DNA of 64,000 nucleotides, taken from Candidatus Spongiisociaceae bacterium. Lineage in GTDB: Bacteria; Actinomycetota; Acidimicrobiia; Spongiisociales; Spongiisociaceae. Positions 21,034-30,028 of this stretch are shown here, piece by piece. The stretch is from the NCBI GenBank assembly GCA_965219685.1, contig CBDCOH010000002.1, positions 384,001-448,000 of the forward strand, in the 5' to 3' direction. How positions within the stretch are numbered: position 1 is the first letter of the stretch; each line of letters begins with the position of its first letter. The notes beneath the pieces are model-generated. The model worked only from the letters and a program-made list of their open reading frames with translations, was not told the origin of the DNA and did no database searches. Made by a program: the position numbers and the translations under genes.

Positions 21034-21798
21034 ATGAGTCGATCCTCCACCATCCAATCGGTGGAGCGGGCTTTCGCGGTCCTGCGAGCCCTGGATCCGG
21101 CAGGTCAGGCGGTCTCGCTGGCGGCCATCGCGGATGGCACGGGCTTGCCCAAGAGCACGGCAAGCCGGCTTCTCTCCACCATGGTGGGCATAGGGGTCGT
21201 GGAGAAGGTCTCGGAAGCGGGTTACGTCGTGGGCCGCGAGCTAAGGGCCATCGCCCATCCCGGCGTGGGTCCCTCCGAACTCGTAGGTGTGTCGGCAACC
21301 TACATGCGCGACCTTGTCGACGAGATTGGGGAGGACGCGGGGTTGGGGGTACCGGACGGGAATCATGTCCTGTACATCGACCAGGTACAGAAGATCCGCC
21401 CGGTCCAGGTCCAGGACTGGACCGGCGAGAGGTTCGAGCACCACACCAACGCGGCCGGCTACGTGTTCCTCGCCGCCTGGGACGACCAGGCCCTGGACGC
21501 CTACCTGGCCCGCCCGCTAGCCATGTCGAGCCCAGCCACGGAGACCGATCCGGCTCGCCTGCGCGATCTGATCGAAATGACCAGGACCAACGGCTACGCG
21601 TGGAGCTTCGAGGTGTGGGCGGAGGGCGTCAACGGCGTGGCTGCTCCGATCACGGACACGAGAGGCGACGTGGTTGCCGCGATAAACGTGTTCGGGCCCG
21701 CCTATCGCTTTCCCGGCGACCGGGATCTTGTCGCTATCGGTCACCGCATGGTCGAGACGGCCAGCCAGATCTCCCGTCATCTGGGGGCAAGCTCGTAG
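21034..21798 (+). CDS. IclR family transcriptional regulator
   Basis: IQSVERAFAVL, TGLPKSTASRLL, GVNGVAAPI; AAGGAG RBS. Confidence 0.93.
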   Translation: MSRSSTIQSVERAFAVLRALDPAGQAVSLAAIADGTGLPKSTASRLLSTMVGIGVVEKVSEAGYVVGRELRAIAHPGVGPSELVGVSATYMRDLVDEIGEDAGLGVPDGNHVLYIDQVQKIRPVQVQDWTGERFEHHTNAAGYVFLAAWDDQALDAYLARPLAMSSPATETDPARLRDLIEMTRTNGYAWSFEVWAEGVNGVAAPITDTRGDVVAAINVFGPAYRFPGDRDLVAIGHRMVETASQISRHLGASS

Positions 21799-21989
21799 CC
21801 GGCTCCTCGGGCAGATGGAAGGTCCGGGTCCGCGCGCCCAGGCCTTCTGACAGCGAGCCTCCGGGTTGGACCGTGGAAGTAACAGTCGGGGTGTGGTCGT
21901 CAAATCGCGCGCTAGAGGATGGACAGATCGCGCATTAGGTGATTGACCGTGCGGAGGGTCGTTCGGAGATCCAATGTAACGAAGAGCGT

Positions 21990-22385
21990 CTCCTCGACGG
22001 CGTGTTCGACTCCTATGTGAGCACCATTGTCTCCCGCGATGTGTCCGAATTCACCGGGGCTCGCCGGACGCGGGAGATACCTCCGCCGTGAACGAGATAG
22101 GGCGGCGGTGCAGTTGGTCGGATCTCGGGGTGGATCTGTTCCAGTGCCACGACCGCTACGGGCATGGAATCGATCTGGTCTGCGAAACGCCCGACGGTCG
22201 GGTGGTCGCCATCGACGTGAAGGCCGCCGCCACGACCCAGCCAGGCCACGCCACCCGTCTGGCCTGGCGACGTGACAGACTCGGGGACCGGTTCATAGCG
22301 TGAATAGTGTTCTACACAGGGCTCTGTCGTTCCTCCTTGGCGACCGGATCAACCGTCCCCCTTTCGACGCTCTGGAAAGCCTGAC
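21990..22385 (+). pseudogene. Remnant of an AAA ATPase / DUF4143 gene
   Basis: Fragments FDSYVSTIVSRDVSEF and IDLVCETPDGRVVAIDVKAAAT..RDRLGDRF lie in different frames; P-loop N-terminus missing. Confidence 0.7.
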
Positions 22386-22481
22386 CGAGACTCCACTAGC
22401 CATCGGTGCAACTGCCGGTGGGGTCAGGCCTCGCGATATGGGAGTCGAGGGGTTGTTTGTGGTTGATGATCATCCGGTGCC

Positions 22482-22841
22482 TCAGGGATGGCGGCTCGAG
22501 TACGGCCGAACTCCCCCGGCGAGTACGAGCAGGCACTGGTGGTCGGCCAGCATCCGGCGTATCCGGGGAAGGTGGCGCAGGAGGCGGATCTTCGCCTCGA
22601 TCGGGTCTCTCGCTTCGACGGCCACCAGAACGACATCCCTCTCGGAGGCGAGTCTGCGCAGATCAGGTTGCTCCAATGAATCCCGATCGTAGAACAACAC
22701 TCCCCGGTACCCGCGGTCTGCCGCGGTGCGGATCAGGGCAGAGTCCGGCTCGTCACCGCCTTCCCAGCGGTCCAGCGTTACCCCAGCTGGCGCCTCCTCT
22801 GCCAGGTTCTGGGGCAGGACCGCGTCGTAGAGGAACCGCAC
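22482..22841 (-). CDS. PIN-like protein (DUF5615/VapC45-type putative toxin)
   Basis: MRFLYDAVLP..PDSALIRTAADRG..LFYDRD pattern; follows a DUF433-type gene. Confidence 0.7.
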   Translation of the reverse strand: MRFLYDAVLPQNLAEEAPAGVTLDRWEGGDEPDSALIRTAADRGYRGVLFYDRDSLEQPDLRRLASERDVVLVAVEARDPIEAKIRLLRHLPRIRRMLADHQCLLVLAGGVRPYSSRHP

Positions 22842-22844
22842 GAC

Positions 22845-24290
22845 TCAAGAAGCTGACAGGAGCCGGTAACCGACTCCCACCGTGTCGTCGTAGGCAACGT
22901 TTTCCAGCTGGGGGTAAGCCGACAGAATCGCCTTACGCCCGTTGCGCCGGTCGAGAGCGGCCAGGCTCTTGGCGCTGATTCGGTGGCCCTTCAGATGGGG
23001 TGTGCCGTGGAATACCGAGGGGTGCAAGGGGGTGTTGGGACCGACGATCGGCAAGGCAGGGGCCTTACCGTCGCCGTACGAGAATGGGCGGAACGCGTCG
23101 TCTATATCAGTTATCTCCAGGCCGAGGGGCCGCTGGCCGGTTTCCACATTTGCCCACCCGTCACCGCGGTCCACCAGCACGGCCCCCTCCGATGTCACAC
23201 CGAGCTTGACCGCTCTCCTGTCGCCGGCGAACCGCGCTAGAGCGGGAACCACATTGCTCGACACCCTCCGAGGCGAAACCGACTTGAGGTACGACCAGGT
23301 GCGGAACGCCACCAGATCGCGAAACGCCCAGCGGATCGGGTCGGATGAAAGCGGGGTGAGCCGGTCGAGCAGCCGCAGGCGGTCGAGCGGCGACCGCAGT
23401 GATCCCGAGAGGAAAGCAACGTCCTTGGTGCTGTAGACACCGGCCATGAAGATCTCGGGATCCCACAGGTTGTCGCTGATCTCGGCGGGGAACTTGTCGA
23501 ACCGGAGTTTCTGCGGGCCGGAAAGCGAGGCGTCGATCCGGCGCAACAGCAAGCCGAGTTTCCGGTCGTCCTCCGGGAGGGGGTCCGGGATTATCCGGGC
23601 CTCCGAGAACCTCGGAAAGGCGCTCAAGACCCGGGTCCGGGTCCGGGGACGGCACAACAAGACGGTCTGCGATCCGAACCACATCGGGATGTCGGACTCC
23701 GGCGCCAACCGGCGCACTACCGCGCCCGCTTGGTCGAGGCTTATGGCGAGTCGCAACGATCGAAGAGCGTTGAAGCCTTGATCCAGCACCACGACCGGGG
23801 AGAGTGGGAACGGGATGTTGTCGCTGGGGGCACCCGGCCAGCTTTGCCAGTACAGGTAGTTCTCTTCGGCCGTCTCGGGAACCGTGGCAGGATCGACCCG
23901 GATCAGTCCGGTGCGGTCGGATCCCATCATGCCGGCGATTCGGCTCCTGAGGGGCTGATCGACGGCCGGGTTGCCGCACAATGTCGCCGCAGCCAGCAAC
24001 AGGTCAGGATCGTTGGTGGAAGTGGCCAGATCGGTGACGAAAGGGGCCGCTTCGAAGAGATCCAGACGAACGGCCATCTCAGCGGCGAAGCGCAATCGCT
24101 CCGTATCGGCGCGCAATAGCGGCATGACCTCACCGATAGCTCTGGGGAGGGACTCGGCATGGGCGACAGTCAAGCCTTCGACGAGATCGGTCATCGTCGA
24201 GGCAAGTGACCGTGACCGAGGCGCCGTGCTGCTCAAGGCATGCAGCACCGCAGAGAACAGACCGGGCGAAGGTTGTTTCACGGTCGCCAC
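22845..24290 (-). CDS. Large protein with C-terminal HTH + DUF433 (VapB45-like antitoxin) and an unassigned ~280-aa N-terminal region
   Basis: C-terminal YSTKDVAFLSG..WAFRDLV..HPSVFHGTPHLKGHRI..ILSAYPQL resembles DUF433 antitoxins. Confidence 0.65.
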   Translation of the reverse strand: MATVKQPSPGLFSAVLHALSSTAPRSRSLASTMTDLVEGLTVAHAESLPRAIGEVMPLLRADTERLRFAAEMAVRLDLFEAAPFVTDLATSTNDPDLLLAAATLCGNPAVDQPLRSRIAGMMGSDRTGLIRVDPATVPETAEENYLYWQSWPGAPSDNIPFPLSPVVVLDQGFNALRSLRLAISLDQAGAVVRRLAPESDIPMWFGSQTVLLCRPRTRTRVLSAFPRFSEARIIPDPLPEDDRKLGLLLRRIDASLSGPQKLRFDKFPAEISDNLWDPEIFMAGVYSTKDVAFLSGSLRSPLDRLRLLDRLTPLSSDPIRWAFRDLVAFRTWSYLKSVSPRRVSSNVVPALARFAGDRRAVKLGVTSEGAVLVDRGDGWANVETGQRPLGLEITDIDDAFRPFSYGDGKAPALPIVGPNTPLHPSVFHGTPHLKGHRISAKSLAALDRRNGRKAILSAYPQLENVAYDDTVGVGYRLLSAS

Positions 24291-24511
24291 TCGAGGCCTC
24301 CGAGGGCAGCGGTCGGAATGTCCCGGTCTATGCGCTCATCCGGAACATCTCCCGGTGACCATTGCAGTAACCGGCCAGGTATCACGTCGATCCCGAGCGG
24401 TGCGCGTATCTCGACACCGGTAGCGTCCATTCTCTCCGCCGGAAAGACCATCACGATGTAGGGCGGCTCGTCGTCGATCCGCAGCCTACGCCTCGTCTGG
24501 ATGCCGTCCAA
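24278..24511 (-). CDS. Small hypothetical ORF or truncated gene heading the DUF433/PIN operon
   Basis: Overlaps the next start; globular-looking sequence; TTG start, with an in-frame TGA shortly upstream. Confidence 0.4.
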   Translation of the reverse strand: MDGIQTRRRLRIDDEPPYIVMVFPAERMDATGVEIRAPLGIDVIPGRLLQWSPGDVPDERIDRDIPTAALGGLEWRP

Positions 24512-24604
24512 GCCCGAGATCCGAGTGATCCCGGGTCATTCTGTCACTAGGACCACATGGCCAACCTCCAGTGGGGTTGTCCGGCTACCCGGATCTTACC
24601 GCAG

Positions 24605-24620
24605 GCGAACAGATGTTCGA
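24605..24620. promoter_or_regulatory. LexA (SOS) box upstream of the DUF433/PIN operon
   Basis: GCGAAC-AGAT-GTTCGA, a perfect core match; minus-strand TAAGAT -10-like hexamer and GGAGG downstream. Confidence 0.75.
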
Positions 24621-25179
24621 GTATACCGGGTCTCCGTGACATGCGGGAGGTGAATCCTGTTCGGCCTCCCCCGGGCAAGCATCAACGAGAGGAAGGAATC
24701 AGTATCCACTTGTGTTGTGGAGGGTCTGGCAGGCTTCGAGCGGTCGGGCCGGCCCTAGCTCTCCGACCAGCCGCCGGAACGAGGCGCTAGAAGTCGTGTG
24801 CTGTGATCCGCGTGCGGCTGACTGCCTCGCCGAACGTTGGAGTCCGAAAACCACCCGCCTTCGGATAGAAGTACACCACCACGGGATCCGATACGAACAC
24901 CACCCCCAAGCAGCATTGCGTCGATCAGTCGCCGGCGGTGGCGGCGCTGCGGGCCGGTGCAGACCGCCTTCTCTCCGACCACGAGTCGCTCGGGCTCCTG
25001 CTTGAATCGCTCGTCATTAGATATCTGCGCTTCCATTCTGTGTGAGGGTGAAGCGCGGCACGGACCACCTGTCGGACCTTCAACTGAACCGGACGACGTA
25101 GAGCACGTCACACCGACAGGCTGCTGCCGCCGAACCCGCCCGCAACGTCTTATCGAATCCCTGCCGGTAGGGTCCGATC

Positions 25180-26766
25180 ATGAGCGAACAACAGCACTCC
25201 TCGATCACTCGCCTTTGCGATGTGGCTGTCGTGGGCGGCTCAGCCGCCGGGCTGGCTGCAGGGCTGCAGGTCCAACGCCAGAACCGTTCGGTGATCGTCA
25301 TCGACAGCGGCGAACCCCGTAACGCGCCGGCAACCCACACGCACGGATACCTCGGCTACGACGGCGTACCCCCTACCGAACTCGTCGTCGCCGGCAGGGC
25401 GGAACTCCGCAAGTACGGTGGCGAGATTCTCACCGGCCGGGTCACCGCGGTCGACCACGAACCGGGAGTCGGTTTCCGGGTTGAGGCCGGACCAAGGCTG
25501 ACCGTGCAGGCCCGCCGGGTCGTCGCCGCCACCGGCGTTACCGATGAACTTCCCGCTGTCGACGGAATCGAGCGGCATTGGGGCACGTCAGTCCTGCACT
25601 GCCCGTTCTGCCATGGCTACGAAGTCCGAGGGCAACGCCTGGTCCAGATCATCACCCACCCGGCCGGGTTGCATCCGGCGCGCCTCTTCGCCCACCTCAG
25701 CGACCGGCTAACCCTCCTCATTCCCGCCACCGTCGAGGTCGATTCCGGCGAATTGGCTCCGCTCGAGGCCGGTGGAGCCGCTGTGGTGCAGGGCGACGCG
25801 CAGCGGATCACCGAAGGACCGCACGGCACGCTGACGGGCATCGAACTCACCGACGGGCGTCATCTGGCTGCCGACGCCGTCGTGGTGACCACCCGCATGC
25901 GGCCCCGGATCGAACCGTTCGTCGGTCTGGGGCTGGCCACCGAGGCCCACCCGATCGGTGTGGCCGACTACGTTGCCACGGACACAACCGGCGAGACTTC
26001 TGTCGACGGTTTGTACGCGGCCGGCAACCTCACCGACCCGAGCCAGCAAGTCCTCTCCGCAGCCGCGAACGGCAGCCACGTCGGGGCTGTGATCGCCCTC
26101 GACCTGGCCACCGAGGACCAAGCCACCGGCGAGCGTCCGTCATCTACGGAGGTTGAATGGAACGCCCGCTACTCCGGCGATGAGGTGTGGAGTGGTGCGG
26201 CCAACGGCACCCTCATCGCTGAGATCGGATCCATGACACCCGGCAGAGCACTCGACATCGGCGCCGGCGAAGGAGGCGATGCCCTATGGCTGACCGAACG
26301 AGGCTGGGACGTGACCGCAACGGACGTGGCCCGCGCCGCACTCGAGCACGTCGCAGCCAAGGCCGCCGCCCGCGGCGCCGAGATCCGATGCCTGGCAGTC
26401 GATGCCAACGCTCGAAACGCGTTCGGCGACGACACCTACGACCTCGTCTCGCTGTTCTACTCGGCCATACCAAGCACAGCCGACGACCGGGGGATCACAA
26501 ACATCGTGAACGCAGTCGCTCCCGGCGGTACGCTTCTCATGGTCGGGCACGCACCCCCACGCCCGGACGCTCCGGCACAAGACGACCACGTCGCAGCGTG
26601 GGATCGGGCATCATTCGTCGGCGTCGACCACGTCGAGGCTGCTATCCAATCGGCACGAGGTTGGACCATCGTGACAAGCGAGGTTCGAGACAGGCCGCCC
26701 GGGTCGTCGACCCATCACCATCACGACCAAGACGTCGTCTTCCGCGCACAACGAGACGATGCCTGA
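25180..26766 (+). CDS. Bifunctional TrxB-like FAD oxidoreductase / class I SAM methyltransferase
   Basis: VVGGSAAGL, HCPFCHGYE, GLYAAGN, then ALDIGAGEGGDALWL. Confidence 0.88.
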   Translation: MSEQQHSSITRLCDVAVVGGSAAGLAAGLQVQRQNRSVIVIDSGEPRNAPATHTHGYLGYDGVPPTELVVAGRAELRKYGGEILTGRVTAVDHEPGVGFRVEAGPRLTVQARRVVAATGVTDELPAVDGIERHWGTSVLHCPFCHGYEVRGQRLVQIITHPAGLHPARLFAHLSDRLTLLIPATVEVDSGELAPLEAGGAAVVQGDAQRITEGPHGTLTGIELTDGRHLAADAVVVTTRMRPRIEPFVGLGLATEAHPIGVADYVATDTTGETSVDGLYAAGNLTDPSQQVLSAAANGSHVGAVIALDLATEDQATGERPSSTEVEWNARYSGDEVWSGAANGTLIAEIGSMTPGRALDIGAGEGGDALWLTERGWDVTATDVARAALEHVAAKAAARGAEIRCLAVDANARNAFGDDTYDLVSLFYSAIPSTADDRGITNIVNAVAPGGTLLMVGHAPPRPDAPAQDDHVAAWDRASFVGVDHVEAAIQSARGWTIVTSEVRDRPPGSSTHHHHDQDVVFRAQRDDA

Positions 26767-26950
26767 AGCGACGCACACCCCCAGAGCCGACACGTCCGCT
26801 CCGCCGGTCACAGCGGTGGTCTGCCGACAGTCGGCCACTCCGGTTCGGAGCAGAGCGGGGAGAACCGCCCCGACCGTCCTTCTCGGCGGTTGACGACCAC
26901 CACCGTCTTCTGCAGCTACGGCGCGCGGCCTAACGCCGCGGGTTTAGCGC

Positions 26951-27054
26951 ACAGCCAACGGCCGCCCGAGCAAGACCTGGACTCCCGGCTGCGCATCAGT
27001 GGCAAGCCCACGACCCTCGGCCTCAGCCGCCTGCCCGAAGTCGGCCTGGCGCCT
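26951..27054 (+). pseudogene. Remnant of a tyrosine integrase arm-DNA-binding domain
   Basis: ANGRPSKTWT, frameshift, RLRISGKPTTLGLSRLPEVGLA resembles the SKxW..R..GK...LG.yP.vsLA arm motif. Confidence 0.55.
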
Positions 27055-27158
27055 CGCGGACCGCCGCGCCTGTGGCGCTCCTCACACATATCCCGTACTT
27101 TGACATAAGACATAGTTGTATTAAGATACTGTTCCGGCTTTGAGCAGACCGCTGGGAG

Positions 27159-28403
27159 TCAGTGCCGGTCGTGCTGGAAGGCTTGTCCTCGGCGAGTGGC
27201 TATCGCGGCGGCGAGCAGAGTGATCACTGCGGAGGCCATCACCACGATGCCGTATGCCTTGGGGCTGCCGTCGTTGAACAGGCCCACCGCGGCGCTTCCG
27301 GCGGCCCCGATGGTGAAGCGGACGAAAGTCGAGAACGCCGAGGCGCTCCCGGCCAGGTCGGGAGGGAACTCGTCCAGCACCCCTGCTTGGGTGCCTGGGG
27401 TTACCAGATGGACCATCGACAGCACAGCCGTGGAGGCGGCAACCACGCCGGCGAGACCCCACAGGTCGGTCCGGGTCAGCCACCAGAGCACGCCGGCCAG
27501 ACCAGTCAGGCAGATCGACCCCACCAGGACAACCCTCGGGTATCCGACTCTGGGGATATAGCGGATGTTGAAGGCTTGGGAGAGCCAGGCGCCGAGCACG
27601 GCGACACCGAACAGCGCTCCGAACCATCGCTCCTCCAAGCCGTAGTAGTCGATGTATATGAAAGGGCTGGCGGCCAGGTAGGAGAACAGCACGGCCGCCG
27701 TCGACCCTCCGGCGATCGCGTAGGCGACCGCCCGGCGGGACCGGGCTATCGACGCGTAACTGCGCAGGACCGTGGCCAGGTCCAGCGGGCGGCGTTGCTC
27801 TGGAGGGAGCGTCTCGGGTAGCCGGCGCCACGAAGCGAGGAAGACCAGGCCGCCGATGATGCCCAGCACCACGAAGATGGCACGCCAGCTCCACGCTAAG
27901 AGGAGCACCGCGCCCAGGAAAGGGGCCACAATCGGGGCGCCGAGGATGATCACGGTCAGAATCGACATGGCCCGCGCCAGGGCGTCGCCCGACAGGAGGT
28001 CGCGGAACATACTGCGGGCCAGGGCTATCGAGATCCCGCCGCAGGCCGCCTGGGCGAGCCGGAGGCCGATCAGCATCTCCACCGAGCCGACCGTCGCTAT
28101 CGACAAGCTCACCAGCGAGTAGACGATCAGCGATGCCAGGATCAGCCTGCGACGCCCGATCGCGTCCGAGATCGGTCCGAAGACGACCGGACCCAACACC
28201 ATTCCGAAGATGAACGCGGTGATCGACATCTGGGTCATCCCCGGGGACGCGTCCAAGGACGAGGCGATCCCTGGTAGGGCGGGGAGATACATGTCCACCG
28301 AGAGCGGACCCAGCGCCGCGACCAGACCGAGTATCAGGTAGAGGCCGAGGCTCAGGCGGGACGACCGCGGGCGGAGCGTGCCGCCGTAACTCATGTGGCG
28401 CAT
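27159..28403 (-). CDS. Bcr/CflA family multidrug efflux MFS transporter
   Basis: PLSVDMYLPALP, GPISDAIGRR, LPETLP, AGSASA. Confidence 0.92.
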   Translation of the reverse strand: MRHMSYGGTLRPRSSRLSLGLYLILGLVAALGPLSVDMYLPALPGIASSLDASPGMTQMSITAFIFGMVLGPVVFGPISDAIGRRRLILASLIVYSLVSLSIATVGSVEMLIGLRLAQAACGGISIALARSMFRDLLSGDALARAMSILTVIILGAPIVAPFLGAVLLLAWSWRAIFVVLGIIGGLVFLASWRRLPETLPPEQRRPLDLATVLRSYASIARSRRAVAYAIAGGSTAAVLFSYLAASPFIYIDYYGLEERWFGALFGVAVLGAWLSQAFNIRYIPRVGYPRVVLVGSICLTGLAGVLWWLTRTDLWGLAGVVAASTAVLSMVHLVTPGTQAGVLDEFPPDLAGSASAFSTFVRFTIGAAGSAAVGLFNDGSPKAYGIVVMASAVITLLAAAIATRRGQAFQHDRH

Positions 28404-28694
28404 CCAGACGGGGCGCTACCCGCTCAGCCGGTGTCCGACGGAGCAGGTTGGTCCCCTGACATGGGCCCGTTACGGGGCTGGATGGTCCGGACCCGCCAGG
28501 GGAGAGGTTCTCTGATGTTCACGGACCCCATCCTTGCCCACTCCCTATCGAGTTCAAGCGAGCGCCTACCGCGACTCGATGGTAACCAGATTCAAGGCGG
28601 CCTCCGTGAATGCGTTGCCCGGCTCGTTGCCTACCACCCTGACCGCATGCCCTACGTCCACCGCCTCTCCCCGAAGGGGAACAATGATGGCGGG

Positions 28695-29288
28695 TCAGGA
28701 CCTGGCGAAAAGCAGGAGGTGAGAGATATCGCCACCGTCGGCCTCCCGCAAGGCGGTCCGGTACTCCAACCGGAGCGACCGTGTGTCGAGATCCTGTCGG
28801 GTCCCCCAGGTGAGACGCGGTCGACCGAGCGAAATAGCCAGATAGTCGGCTGCCACTCTCCCATGGCGTCCGTTGCCATTACGGAATGGATGGATGGCCA
28901 CCAAGCGGTGGTGGAAACGGATGGCCGACTCGTCGGGCTCGTAGGTCGCGTAATCGATCCAGGCAAGCGTATCGTCGACCAACGTTCGCACGGCTACACC
29001 GATGCCGGCCGGGCTGATGCCGATGTTGGTCTCGCGTGTTCGATACTTCCCCGCCCCGTTCCAGACTCTGCCGAACATGTGCTTGTGGAGACCACGCAGG
29101 AACCGGTCGTCGAGTAGAGCGGAAGCGGTTGGTGGACGGCGCAGGAGTGCCTCCGCGATGTTGCGCTGCTCGGTTTCGAAGAGATCACCACGGGTCGCGA
29201 TGTGAGTCGGGATGAGACCCTCCGTATCTTCGTCAGACAGGGCGGTTTGACCATCACCATCAGGTGTGGACAGATCGACCATGATCAA
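28695..29288 (-). CDS. Mobile mystery protein B (Fic domain)
   Basis: GLIPTHI, HKHMFGRVW..AGKYR, FHHRLVAIHPFRNGNGRHGR. Confidence 0.9.
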   Translation of the reverse strand: MIMVDLSTPDGDGQTALSDEDTEGLIPTHIATRGDLFETEQRNIAEALLRRPPTASALLDDRFLRGLHKHMFGRVWNGAGKYRTRETNIGISPAGIGVAVRTLVDDTLAWIDYATYEPDESAIRFHHRLVAIHPFRNGNGRHGRVAADYLAISLGRPRLTWGTRQDLDTRSLRLEYRTALREADGGDISHLLLFARS

Positions 29289-29749
29289 CTGTCAGACCAG
29301 AGACCGCGCCGGTCGATGAAACGCTCCGCAAGGTCATCGAGCAGGGCTTCGGTGTCTTCGTCGCTTATAGCCTGATCTTCCAGTCGACTGTGGTGAGCTA
29401 TCGGGCCGAGGTGGTTGGCTGCCTTGCGTCGCGCTCGGGAGCGGACGCTCTCCTCGAGCGACGTACGGGGCACCAAGGCGTACACGAGGTCGCACTCCAT
29501 CGCAGCTGCGGCACGCGCCAAGGTGTTGAGTTGGATCGTAAGACGTTTCTCACTGCGTTCGAGTTCGTGGATGGTCTGCTGGCGTACACCCATGCGCATC
29601 GCCAACTCGGGTCCTGACATTCCCAAAGCGTCGCGGGTCGCCCGGATCCAGCCGCGGTGGGGTGTGAGCCCAGAGGCGACGTCGCGTAGGGGAGCGCATC
29701 GCTGATCGAGTCGTCGGCGGATGGCGATGCGGTCTGGCTTCATGGTCAC
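29285..29749 (-). CDS. Mobile mystery protein A (XRE HTH)
   Basis: GWIRATRDALGMS..LAMRMGV..ERSE..AAAAMECDLVYALVP..SLE..LEDQ. Confidence 0.9.
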   Translation of the reverse strand: MTMKPDRIAIRRRLDQRCAPLRDVASGLTPHRGWIRATRDALGMSGPELAMRMGVRQQTIHELERSEKRLTIQLNTLARAAAAMECDLVYALVPRTSLEESVRSRARRKAANHLGPIAHHSRLEDQAISDEDTEALLDDLAERFIDRRGLWSDS

Positions 29750-29761
29750 TCTCTACTTTCG

Positions 29762-29842
29762 ACAGGCTGTATCCCGTTTACAGGTCGAGATCTACAGTGC
29801 ACAACCTGTTATTATAGGTAAGACCTACAGGCTATAAGCTGT
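29762..29842. promoter_or_regulatory. Three phased 16-bp imperfect palindromes (ACAG-N8-CTGT) upstream of mobile mystery protein A
   Basis: ACAGGCTGTATCCCGT (29762), ACAGTGCACAACCTGT (29794), ACAGGCTATAAGCTGT (29827). Confidence 0.6.
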
Positions 29843-30028
29843 TTCTTAGGAATGGACCTTGAGGCTCGGTTCTCCTGGAGATCGCTGGAACTCGGGTTCG
29901 GCTTGCTCCTCGCCACGAACTCTTTGCCAGGAGTGTCTCTCATCACCCGTGATCAACAGTTTGTGCGGGTCTACGGTGCCCTTCGACCGTGATCCTTGAG
30001 GACGATCACCGAAGCGCGCTCGGCTCGC

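Noticed and set aside
24530-24545. Second Sec or read-through codon upstream of the 24278-24511 ORF
   Set aside because: No redox-motif context or clear SECIS, and another in-frame stop lies shortly upstream; decay is more likely.
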